Source of the DNA: an uncultured Sulfolobales archaeon
GTDB taxonomy: Archaea; Thermoproteota; Thermoprotei_A; Sulfolobales; NBVN01
Length of the DNA stretch: 64,000 bases
Direction of reading: 5' to 3'
Assembly: GCA_938045815.1 (NCBI GenBank)
Contig: CALIBI010000022.1
Location: forward strand, 8,034-72,033
The notes under the pieces are model-generated. The model was given only the letters and a program-made list of their open reading frames with translations. It ran no database searches and was not told the origin of the DNA. This document shows, one piece after another, positions 28,365-37,302 of this stretch (its first letter is position 1; every line of letters starts with the position of its first letter). A program made the position numbers and the translations under genes.

Positions 28365-30224
28365 GTGGTTTGTGGTATAGTAGGAGTAACTGCTGATGAG
28401 GGGTTTTCACAAGAACCTCTAGGCAAATTAATTAAGGATGCTTTAAAGAGACTAGAATACAGAGGTTACGACTCAGTCGGCTTAGCTGTGATAACTAATG
28501 AAGGCTTGCTTGAGGTTAGGAAATCTAAGGGTATGATAGACTACGTATCTAGAAAACTGGGTTTCGACACTGTATCTGGGGTTAGTGGTGTAGGACATAC
28601 TAGGTGGGCGACACACGGGAAACCAAGTGATGAGAACGCCCACCCGCATACTGATTGCTCGGGCCGTATAGCTGTGGTGCATAATGGAATCATAGAGAAT
28701 TATAAGAAGCTTAAAGAGTTCTTAATCACTGAAGGTCACAGCTTCACTTCAGACACAGATACCGAGGTAATTCCTCACTTGGTGGAATCGTTTAAGAAGA
28801 GAGGCTATGATACTTACGAAGCTTTTAAAAAGACTGTTGAGTTGCTGGAGGGAGCTTACGCTCTAGCAATGATAGACATAGACGATCCCAGAAAAGTATT
28901 TTTTGCTAGGAGAATGTCGCCACTCATAGTAGGTTTGGGAACCAAGAGCAATTTTGTGGCAAGCGATGTTGTAGCGTTCCTAAACTACACTAGGAGAATA
29001 ATAGTTTTGATGGATGGAGAGGTAGGTTACGTCGCGCCGAATAAGGTAGTAATAGAGAAGGCGTTGCTTAATGAAGGCATGGTTAGGTGGACTCCTATCG
29101 ATGTGGAGTCTAGGGTCAGGGTTGTTGAGTGGAGTCCTGAAATGTCTTCTAAAGAAGGCTACGACTTCTTCATGCTTAAAGAGATTCACGAACAGCCTTA
29201 CGCTTTAGCTTCCACTTTAAGTGGTGTAGTTGATGCGGTAAGCGAGGCGTCTAGGGTGCTTGCTAGATCAGGAAGAGTTTTACTACTTGGAGCTGGGACA
29301 TCCTACCACGCTACGCTAATAGCAGCTCTCTTACTCAGAAGGTACGCCGACTTATGGGCTGAAGCTATAGTTGCTTCAGAGAGTCGCTGGTGGCTCAGCA
29401 CGCTGAGTCAAGGCGATATAGTCATCGGGGTTAGTCAATCAGGTGAGACCATAGACACATTAAAAGGTATTAGGGAAGCTAAAGAGAGAGGAGCCTTAAC
29501 AATTGCGGTAACTAACGTTATGGAGTCCACCATGACTAGAGAAGCCGACATGTCTATTTACATAAGAGCAGGGCCTGAAATAGGTGTGGCAGCCACTAAA
29601 ACCTTCACCTCACAGATAGCGTTACTCTCATACCTAGCTATTAAGACGGGTGAGTTGAGAGGGGTCTTAAAACCTTCAATCGCTAATGAAGTGTATAACG
29701 CACTACGTGAGACTCCCAGCATCGTAGCTAAGATCTTGAAAAATGAGGAAGAGAGAGCCTCAGTACTAGCTGATAAGATGAGAACAAAGAACAACGCGTA
29801 TTATCTTGGGAGGGGACTTGGATTACCTATAGCAATGGAGGGAGCGCTTAAGATGAAGGAGATTGCTTACGTACACGCTGAGGCATACCCTGCCGGAGAG
29901 TCAAAACACGGACCTATAGCTTTAATAGAGGAGGGCTTTCCAGTAATATTCGTGGTTTTAAGCAAAGACGAAGAAGAACTAATAAAAAGTAATATTGAGG
30001 AGATGAAAGCTCGGGGAGCTTACGCAATACTGGTTTCACCAAGCAACGCGGAGGAAGCGTCGTCTTTAGCTGATTTTTGTTTCGTAATGCCTGTTCAGCA
30101 TGAGGTTGCTTCAGCAGTTTCGTACGTTGTGCCGTTGCAGCTGCTGGCATACTATACAGCTATTAAGAAGGGTTTAGATCCCGATAAGCCTAGAAACCTA
30201 GCGAAGACCGTCACAGTATTTTAA
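28365..30224 (+). CDS. glmS: Glutamine--fructose-6-phosphate aminotransferase (isomerizing)
   Basis: N-terminal 'CGIVGV' Ntn-amidotransferase, two SIS domains ('SQSGETIDT'), and a C-terminal 'NLAKTVTV' tail. GTG start gives M-V-C. Confidence 0.95.
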   Translation: MVCGIVGVTADEGFSQEPLGKLIKDALKRLEYRGYDSVGLAVITNEGLLEVRKSKGMIDYVSRKLGFDTVSGVSGVGHTRWATHGKPSDENAHPHTDCSGRIAVVHNGIIENYKKLKEFLITEGHSFTSDTDTEVIPHLVESFKKRGYDTYEAFKKTVELLEGAYALAMIDIDDPRKVFFARRMSPLIVGLGTKSNFVASDVVAFLNYTRRIIVLMDGEVGYVAPNKVVIEKALLNEGMVRWTPIDVESRVRVVEWSPEMSSKEGYDFFMLKEIHEQPYALASTLSGVVDAVSEASRVLARSGRVLLLGAGTSYHATLIAALLLRRYADLWAEAIVASESRWWLSTLSQGDIVIGVSQSGETIDTLKGIREAKERGALTIAVTNVMESTMTREADMSIYIRAGPEIGVAATKTFTSQIALLSYLAIKTGELRGVLKPSIANEVYNALRETPSIVAKILKNEEERASVLADKMRTKNNAYYLGRGLGLPIAMEGALKMKEIAYVHAEAYPAGESKHGPIALIEEGFPVIFVVLSKDEEELIKSNIEEMKARGAYAILVSPSNAEEASSLADFCFVMPVQHEVASAVSYVVPLQLLAYYTAIKKGLDPDKPRNLAKTVTVF

Positions 30225-30911
30225 ATTTGGAGTTTTCGGTGATGGTGCAATCTGACGAGAACTAATTCCTCTCTTCTCACATAGATCTTCTACAGGGCAT
30301 TCAGGACATCGAGGATTCCTAGCTCTGCATATGCTTCTGCCGTGAATTATTAGCACGTAATGAGTTGTTAGGAGCTTGTTAGGCGGTATCTGACTCATTA
30401 CGGCTGACCTTATATTTTCGTACTTTTCAGTTTTCTTATCTATTACTCCAAGCCTGTAGAGGATTCTCCTGATGTGTGTGTCTATAGGGAAGGTAGGCAC
30501 ACCGCGTATGCTGGCTAAGAAAACATCTATGGTTTTCGGTCCTACACCACGCACGGAGGCTAATTTTTCCTTTAGTTCCTTAACGTCTAGGGAGATCAGT
30601 TCTTCCTCACTTAAGACCGACACAAGGTTCTTAATGGCCCTAGCTTTAGATCTGTAAAGACCTGCAGGCTTTATTAGGGATTCCAAGACTCTTAGGTCGG
30701 TATTATTTATTTTTTCTGCAGTAGCTCTACCACCATAGTAATTAATCAGATTCTCAAGTGCTCTCCACGCGTTCCTGTCCGTAGAGTTTTGTGAGAGTAT
30801 TATTCCTATTAAGGACTCTAGAGGAGTTAAGGAGGCTCTCCTAGCTTTAGTTGGAATAAAGGAATCACTTTCTAACAAACTTGAATACTTAGTTATCAGT
30901 TTATCCACCAC
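30198..30911 (-). CDS. nth: Endonuclease III family HhH-GPD DNA glycosylase/lyase
   Basis: HhH 'VRGVGPKTIDVFL' and Fe-S loop 'CRARNPRCPECPVEDLC'. 27-nt convergent overlap with glmS. Confidence 0.85.
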   Translation of the reverse strand: MVDKLITKYSSLLESDSFIPTKARRASLTPLESLIGIILSQNSTDRNAWRALENLINYYGGRATAEKINNTDLRVLESLIKPAGLYRSKARAIKNLVSVLSEEELISLDVKELKEKLASVRGVGPKTIDVFLASIRGVPTFPIDTHIRRILYRLGVIDKKTEKYENIRSAVMSQIPPNKLLTTHYVLIIHGRSICRARNPRCPECPVEDLCEKRGISSRQIAPSPKTPNLKYCDGLR

Positions 30912-30938
30912 TAAGTTTAAGTCTTTCCCCAGACACTA

Positions 30939-31805
30939 TCACCCACTAGCTGGTTGATCACTTACTGGAGACTTCCTCCTAATCCTGAGTATGTAGGTAA
31001 GAATAGCTGCCGTAGCTACTGCTGCAGAGATCGCGGGAACCACGTAAATTAAGACTCCATAAAGACTCCAAGCCTGTTCCCTAATCACTATCTCGTTCAG
31101 TATTTCCGTGTTAGCTCTATTAAGCTCTAAACTCACAGAGTCTCTAATCAGGTATATGTTGTTTCCTGAACCCTGGTAAGTTGTTTTAGCTACGTAGGCT
31201 TTGAAGAGGATCCCGTACTTGCAGTCGTAGTATGCGTTACCACTACCTAAGCTCGTAGAAACTACTACTGCGAAGCCATTTATGTAAGCGTTAGCTATCG
31301 GGACTTTTGCGCACGTGCCTGAAGTTTCTCCACGTAATACTGGTAAAATAAAAACGGAATTCACGAAATCAATCACGATACCTCTATCTAAGGTGGTGTC
31401 GTATTCGGGTAAGACATTCTTTGATATGAAGTCCGTAAAGTTGCTGAGAATCCAGTAAGTGAGTCCTCCTATACCTACCCAACTAGAACTGCTAAGCGTC
31501 AAGTATATCCCGGAATCAGGAAACTTTAATCCTTGAACAGATATGTGGGTTTTGTTTATTGCTTTAATCCTAAGCATGTACTCATATCTCACACTATAAC
31601 TCATCGGAATACCGCTAACGTTAGATATTTCAACACTCCTTGTCACATTATAGGTTAGTATTAGGTCGTTATCGCTTATAGCTAGCAATCTATCAAGAGC
31701 TTGTGTTTGAGCATGCGTTGCTGGAATCATGATTACGTAGCCAGTGACGACACATAAAAACATTAAATAAGCAAGAATCAAGATTTGCTTTCTCCTGATC
31801 AACAC
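30939..31805 (-). CDS. Hypothetical secreted/membrane-anchored protein
   Basis: N-terminal signal-anchor helix and a C-terminal TM helix followed by 'RIRRKS'. No motif recognised. Confidence 0.55.
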   Translation of the reverse strand: MLIRRKQILILAYLMFLCVVTGYVIMIPATHAQTQALDRLLAISDNDLILTYNVTRSVEISNVSGIPMSYSVRYEYMLRIKAINKTHISVQGLKFPDSGIYLTLSSSSWVGIGGLTYWILSNFTDFISKNVLPEYDTTLDRGIVIDFVNSVFILPVLRGETSGTCAKVPIANAYINGFAVVVSTSLGSGNAYYDCKYGILFKAYVAKTTYQGSGNNIYLIRDSVSLELNRANTEILNEIVIREQAWSLYGVLIYVVPAISAAVATAAILTYILRIRRKSPVSDQPASG

Positions 31806-31936
31806 GGCACCCCTACCATAAAAGCGTCAGGATATTAAAAAGTATGCCTAAACAAGCCTGTAAGGAGGTTAAGGAACTGTTTCTTACTTGTATAGATCTG
31901 CGGAGGCAATGATGTCTTCTGGATCTTTTTAACTCG

Positions 31937-33091
31937 TTATGTGGAGTACGCGTTTGAGAGTAGCCATTCGTTACCAATGTAGACTTCTTTCAGTCCTGAG
32001 CTGCGGGCAATCCTTAACGCCTTAAAAGCATGGTCATAACTAGTAGTAGGTAGGTCTCTCATTAAGTGTGTTGGATGGAATGCTAACAAGATATACGGTA
32101 TGTCAGGATCTATGCTCGCTAAGTATGTAGCTATGCCTTCTACCTCACGCAAATCAACATATCCTGGAACTAGAAGAGTACTTACTACTAAGAGTGGGGG
32201 TTCCTTCCTAAAACTTCTTAATTCACTAATTAATCGAACGTTATGTTTCAGTCTATCAATAGCCTTAACTCCGTTAATTCCTGTGAGTGCCTCGTAAATC
32301 ACGGGACTCCACGCTTTCCAGTCTATCTTGACTATCCCGCCAGACTCAAGGCTTAATTTAGCCATCTCACGCATTATAGCCGGGTTTTGGAGACCGTTAG
32401 TTTCCCAGCATATCCTCTTGACTTGATTTCCAGATTCTCTAAGTATTTCTCTAGATGCTGCTATGGCGTGAGGTGAGTGAGGTCCTGGATCACCGCCGAA
32501 GAAGCAGACGCAAGTTACTTCAGGACTTAATGCTCTCCTGACAAGCTCCTTAATACTGAAGAATCTCTTATTTCTTCCTTTAATGCTCTCTGATACGAGT
32601 TCTTTATGTTCGTAATTCTGGCAGAACAAACAATCTAGTGAGCAACCACCAAAGAATACTGCCAAGTTGTAGTAACCAACCTCGATAGCGGGCGTTTTAG
32701 TGTATTCAGGGTATCCTCTGCTGGTGTTGGCTGGGCACACAGGCCCAGCAACACAGTTCGTCGGGTGTGGATCAAGGTACCACAGACCTAATGCTTTTTC
32801 CATCCCTAACCTGAACCTCATTAAGCCTCCAACGTTAGACCATAAACCACAAAAACCTATATCTCCATCTCTTAACTGACACTCGTTAACACATATGTTA
32901 CACTGCCTGAAACCACTCCCCTCACCCGCTGATGGTGGAGATACTGGAAGTCCTAAGCTACTCCTAAACCTCGCGCGCCTAACCTTACTAGGTTCTGGAA
33001 CCTCACCTAAACTCCTCAGACATTCTCCACAAACAGATAGAGACGAGCTAATAGTATTAGCTTCCCTCCCACACACTAAGCACTTACCCAT
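31937..33091 (-). CDS. Radical SAM protein, PflA/PflX-related with a Cys-rich N-terminal extension
   Basis: 'GGCSLDCLFCQNYEH' (CxxxCxxC), plus N-terminal 'CLVCG...CGEC' and 'CNICVNEC...FCG'. Confidence 0.75.
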   Translation of the reverse strand: MGKCLVCGREANTISSSLSVCGECLRSLGEVPEPSKVRRARFRSSLGLPVSPPSAGEGSGFRQCNICVNECQLRDGDIGFCGLWSNVGGLMRFRLGMEKALGLWYLDPHPTNCVAGPVCPANTSRGYPEYTKTPAIEVGYYNLAVFFGGCSLDCLFCQNYEHKELVSESIKGRNKRFFSIKELVRRALSPEVTCVCFFGGDPGPHSPHAIAASREILRESGNQVKRICWETNGLQNPAIMREMAKLSLESGGIVKIDWKAWSPVIYEALTGINGVKAIDRLKHNVRLISELRSFRKEPPLLVVSTLLVPGYVDLREVEGIATYLASIDPDIPYILLAFHPTHLMRDLPTTSYDHAFKALRIARSSGLKEVYIGNEWLLSNAYST

Positions 33092-33204
33092 TGCTTAAAC
33101 CACCGGGGTAGTATCAAGTAAAGCAAGTCTACAAAGATAATATTCTTAACTAATTGAGTCAACGCTTAAATACCTGACACCAACTCTAATGTTGGTGTTG
33201 GATA

Positions 33205-33465
33205 ATGCTGAAGGCTCAGAGGCAGTCGGTGTACCACGTTAAGAAGGGTGGGGAGAGAGTTGTTGTAGAGCATTATAGAACTCCTGATGGGAAGAGTTTC
33301 GTAGTAGTACACAAAACACTCAAGGGTTCTTACGTTGTCGGGGAGGAAGAGAAAGAGTGGAATCTGCTGGAGTTAAGTGATTTCAAGGAAGTTAAAGATA
33401 CTGAGGTAGAGTACGAGACCTTACCTCCTGAAATTAGGAAAGCAATATCTGAGGTCTATAGGTGA
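33205..33465 (+). CDS. Hypothetical small protein (86 aa)
   Basis: ATG preceded by GGTG. Charged, beta-rich sequence with no recognised family. Confidence 0.4.
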   Translation: MLKAQRQSVYHVKKGGERVVVEHYRTPDGKSFVVVHKTLKGSYVVGEEEKEWNLLELSDFKEVKDTEVEYETLPPEIRKAISEVYR

Positions 33466-33541
33466 GTACTTCAGTTAAGTTAATGAAGCCATAAAGAATA
33501 CATCAGTTTTAGTTTAGGGTAGAATCCCTATTAACGGGTCC

Positions 33542-34309
33542 TTAAGTCTTGTTGGATTCGCTGGTTTTGTTACTTGGAGATTGGGTTTGTTCAAAAATCT
33601 TTGAGAGTAGCGCGTCGTTTATTTCGTACGTGATTTTAGCTACCTTCATCACGTAATCGTCTGAGGGGGTAGATTTGGGTAGACCTATCTCCAGAGAAAT
33701 TAATTGTTTCCTTATTTCTTTCTCAATCTTATTCTTTATTATTCCTTGACTTATTTCTTCAGCAAGCTTGACCGAGATAACAAATTTAGCAAACCTTCTT
33801 ATAGCATCACTAAATTCAGGAAAGATCTGATAAGCTTTCTTCAAAACTTTTATCACTTTCTCGAAAGACTCGAAATCTAGGTGGTAAAGTATTAACGCGT
33901 ACCTCAAGATCCTCGTTATGTATGACTCATCGATATTGCCTACTAGTGCCTGAATTTCTTCTCGTATAGTTTCCGGGGATGCGTCTCTCGAGAGTAGTAG
34001 TAGGTAGGTGTCCTCGTAAGTTAACTCCTTATTAAAGACTTTACTCATTAATTCTTTGAACTCCGTGTTGATCCCTAATCCTCTAGTAGCTATTACATAA
34101 AGACTTATCATTTCTTTCTCGTATATGTCTTCAGGTTTTGAAGCACCCCTGAAAGGTTCTACATTAACACTCTCTAAATACTTCTTAACTAATTGTATTG
34201 CTAATTCTCTGCTGGGATTATCGCTACTTATTAAATCACTTAACGCATTAACGTACGCCTTCACTCTCCTTCTTTTCGCGTTCAATCGAATCACCTGAGG
34301 TACTTCCAC
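33542..34309 (-). CDS. Hypothetical all-helical protein (255 aa)
   Basis: ORF with protein-like composition. No motif recognised. Confidence 0.55.
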   Translation of the reverse strand: MEVPQVIRLNAKRRRVKAYVNALSDLISSDNPSRELAIQLVKKYLESVNVEPFRGASKPEDIYEKEMISLYVIATRGLGINTEFKELMSKVFNKELTYEDTYLLLLSRDASPETIREEIQALVGNIDESYITRILRYALILYHLDFESFEKVIKVLKKAYQIFPEFSDAIRRFAKFVISVKLAEEISQGIIKNKIEKEIRKQLISLEIGLPKSTPSDDYVMKVAKITYEINDALLSKIFEQTQSPSNKTSESNKT

Positions 34310-34359
34310 TCAACTGATTAGATATTAGATCTTAACCATATATTTGAACCTAATAGAGA

Positions 34360-35316
34360 CTAAATAATATACTCCAAGAAAGAATCCGGTGAGTCAAAAT
34401 CTATGATAGCTAACTTATCATCAAGTCTTAAGTGAATTAATCCCTTACCTGCTATTAAGGTTCCTTGAGGCAGTTCTGTTAGTCTTGCTCTGTAGGAGAT
34501 GAGATAAGTTCTTACTCCTCGGGTTAGTTTAGGTCTTAGAACGCTTACTCTATATACAGCAGGTGTTTTGTAAGAAGTGTTATCTAACCTGATTATTACT
34601 CGTTCTTCAAAGGTTATGTCGTAAGGACCTAAAAACTCTTTCTCTTCATCACAGTTAAGAATCCTGAGAGTGTATTTAACCCCTCCAAACTTTCCTTGAG
34701 TAAGTTTACGCTGTAAGAACTTCACGTGATGATTTCCCGGAACTAGCTCACTAACCTCCGAAACTTCTTCTAGAGCATCACTCCATGAGAGATGCTCCAC
34801 GACTTTCAACCTCGTCAGTTCTTTCAGGATTTCGTAACTATTGAGAGATCGCTCTAAACAAATTAAGTCGATGTCTGAGTCTTGAGTGTAGTAACCACCG
34901 AGTAAGCTGCCGCTTAAGCCACAATCAAGACCGTGACTAGACAGCAGCTTAATTAGATCGAGTGCTACGCTGTGTAGATGACTTAAGCCCTCACTTAATT
35001 CCTTAACTATTGCTAGAGACCTTAAATAATCAGACACCACATAATGAGGGATTACTGGAACAACTTTTCCGAGTTCTGGAAGAAATCTCATGTAGTGTCT
35101 ATAGTGTCTTGAGATGATGTCGTAAACACTACTCAACCTCTTTATCTTCCTACCACTAAAAAACCTTAAGACCGCAACTACTCCTTCAGGCGGGTGATAA
35201 CAACCTTTAACGACCCACAAACTACCGTCACGAAGTCTAATCATGTCGCCTTCAGCGAGTCTCAGCTGCTGACTCAAGACCGGAACCCCACCTATTAAGA
35301 CTAACCACAATTCCAA
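34360..35316 (-). CDS. Predicted Pol-beta-superfamily nucleotidyltransferase
   Basis: 'GLSGSLLGGYYTQDSDIDLICL' (GS...DxD minimal NTase signature) flanked by beta-rich N- and C-terminal domains. The true start may be an internal Met ('MIRLRDG'). Confidence 0.55.
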   Translation of the reverse strand: MELWLVLIGGVPVLSQQLRLAEGDMIRLRDGSLWVVKGCYHPPEGVVAVLRFFSGRKIKRLSSVYDIISRHYRHYMRFLPELGKVVPVIPHYVVSDYLRSLAIVKELSEGLSHLHSVALDLIKLLSSHGLDCGLSGSLLGGYYTQDSDIDLICLERSLNSYEILKELTRLKVVEHLSWSDALEEVSEVSELVPGNHHVKFLQRKLTQGKFGGVKYTLRILNCDEEKEFLGPYDITFEERVIIRLDNTSYKTPAVYRVSVLRPKLTRGVRTYLISYRARLTELPQGTLIAGKGLIHLRLDDKLAIIDFDSPDSFLEYII

Positions 35317-35416
35317 ACTTAAAATAAACTGTAACTTAATCTCAAAACTTAAGAATCAGTTCTAATCAAAACCCCACCTTACTCTTGCTTAGAAGACGGG
35401 AGTTTGTCTTTAAAAA

Positions 35417-35683
35417 CTACTTAGATCTAACTGAGGCGGTTATTTTTCCTGAGCTACTTATCCTGTCATTCAGTTTGCTCTTATTCACTTTGTATATGTT
35501 GAATCTGCCTCTCCTCCTCCTATAAATAACTACATAACCTTTAATCCTGAGTTGCTTTAGTATGTGTGCTGCTACCTTACTATTCACGTTGAATTTTCTT
35601 GAAATCTTCCTAGCGTTTATGAATGAGGAGCCATAAGTCCTTAGCCACTCAATAACATCGTCCAGATGAGTCAAGAGTATCAC
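35417..35683 (-). CDS. Small winged-helix DNA-binding protein
   Basis: GTG start. 'ARKISRKFNVNSKVAAHILKQLRIKGYVVIYRR' is HTH plus wing-like. Confidence 0.55.
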   Translation of the reverse strand: MILLTHLDDVIEWLRTYGSSFINARKISRKFNVNSKVAAHILKQLRIKGYVVIYRRRRGRFNIYKVNKSKLNDRISSSGKITASVRSK

Positions 35684-35831
35684 ACTCTTGTCTAAGTCTT
35701 ATTTAAACAAGAGACTATAAAAGTTTTTATGTTCTAGGTCTTCCAGCTCTCTTTAGTTCTGCTAGTGTTTCCGGGCGCTATATTGAGTGCTAGGCATTAA
35801 TCCATAATTATTATAAGCCTACCGTCTAATT

Positions 35832-37277
35832 ATGTTTAGTGCGGGGGTAATAGTGATCGAAGTAGTAAGACTACTGATTTACGTGTTCTTAATAATGCCG
35901 AGCATCTTAATCATGTTTATTCATAGCATTATTTATTTTCTTGGCAAGAAAAAAGCGAAGAAAGAAGAAACTAGAGTGAGTACTGGTCTCCTTAATTCAG
36001 GTGTCAGTATTATAGTTCTTGTGAAAAACGAGCCAGAACACATAATACTTGAGTTAATCAGTAATTTAAGTAAGAGTTTGGATGTCCTGAATCATGAGTA
36101 TGAAGTCTTGATTGTGTGTGATGACCCTCCTGAGATAGCGTTGAGACTTAAGAAGGCTTCTGAAGAATATGCCTCGAAGCTAGGACTACGTAATTTCAGG
36201 TTCCTCATAAGGACTGAAGGACCTAAAGGTAGAGCAGCAGCACTAAATTATGGTGTCCTCAATTCTAGGTATGAGTTAATTCTCTTCATGGATGCTGATT
36301 CGAGATTACGTAAGGACACAATACCTAAGCTAGCCTCATGTGTTGAGTTAGGATATGATGTGTGCGTAGCTAGATGGTTGGGTTATAGCTACAAAAACAC
36401 AAAACTTGGTGTTTCTCTCACGTATAGTATGAAGTACGTAGTAGATACGCTATATAAATGTAGGTACAACCTTGGCCTCATGGTTTTCCCTCTAGGTACC
36501 GGGACTATGTACAGAAAAGATACCTTACTTAAAGTTGGGTTGTGGGAAACTGATGTAGTGCAGGATGATATGTATATGGGAACTAAACTTTACGGGATGG
36601 GTTGCTCCGTAGGTTACTCAGACGACACGTTAGTAGAGGTTTCAGTTCCTTCAAGCTTCAAGGCATTCATAGTGCAGCAAGCTAGGTGGGCATTCGGAGC
36701 TATAGAAACTCTGAAGAAGGGTTACTTAAAATACGTAGTTAAGAGAAGTAAAGAGTTAGGCTTACTGAGGTTTGTTGAGGGCGCTATCTTCCTGCTTCAA
36801 TACGTGCCATTAGCAACTCTCTCCATCTCTTTAATTCTGGTTCCCATACTATCTATATTACTGCGTGATGACATCATGAGGATGAACATATACTTCCTGT
36901 CTGCATTCTCTATAATGACTCTAACTTACGGATTAAGTCTTTACGATTCTCTCAAAGAACTTAAACTATCTGAGATCAAGATACTAAAAAGCATGGGAAC
37001 TATAGCGGCTTTCACAACATCTATATCGCCATATATTCTAATACAAACAGTAAAAGCTCTGTTTCGTAACAAAATCCCCTACGTAGTAACACCTAAGGGG
37101 GAAAGAGAAAGCGCGTTAGGTAAAGACAAGTATCTAGTACTATTCGCTACATATCTTTCAGTAGTTCTTGTATGCAATATTATCTTGAGGAATTACCTCA
37201 CCTCGTTATGGATTGGAGCATTTCTTGCAGGAATTCTCTACTCACTACTGAGACTCGAAAAACTCGTTCACTCGTAA
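35832..37277 (+). CDS. Membrane-embedded processive family-2 glycosyltransferase (cellulose/chitin/PNAG-synthase-like)
   Basis: 'LIVCDDPPE', 'FMDADS', 'VQDDMYMG', 'QQARWAFG' (Q(Q/R)xRW), with N- and C-terminal TM bundles. Confidence 0.8.
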   Translation: MFSAGVIVIEVVRLLIYVFLIMPSILIMFIHSIIYFLGKKKAKKEETRVSTGLLNSGVSIIVLVKNEPEHIILELISNLSKSLDVLNHEYEVLIVCDDPPEIALRLKKASEEYASKLGLRNFRFLIRTEGPKGRAAALNYGVLNSRYELILFMDADSRLRKDTIPKLASCVELGYDVCVARWLGYSYKNTKLGVSLTYSMKYVVDTLYKCRYNLGLMVFPLGTGTMYRKDTLLKVGLWETDVVQDDMYMGTKLYGMGCSVGYSDDTLVEVSVPSSFKAFIVQQARWAFGAIETLKKGYLKYVVKRSKELGLLRFVEGAIFLLQYVPLATLSISLILVPILSILLRDDIMRMNIYFLSAFSIMTLTYGLSLYDSLKELKLSEIKILKSMGTIAAFTTSISPYILIQTVKALFRNKIPYVVTPKGERESALGKDKYLVLFATYLSVVLVCNIILRNYLTSLWIGAFLAGILYSLLRLEKLVHS

Positions 37278-37302
37278 CTACGTCTTCAGAGAACGCTTCT
37301 CG

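Noticed and set aside
35685-35713. 7-bp inverted repeat (ctcttgt ... acaagag, 15-nt spacer) abutting the wHTH gene start
   Set aside because: The arms are short with a long spacer, so it could easily arise by chance in AT-rich promoter DNA. It is noted only as a possible autoregulatory site.
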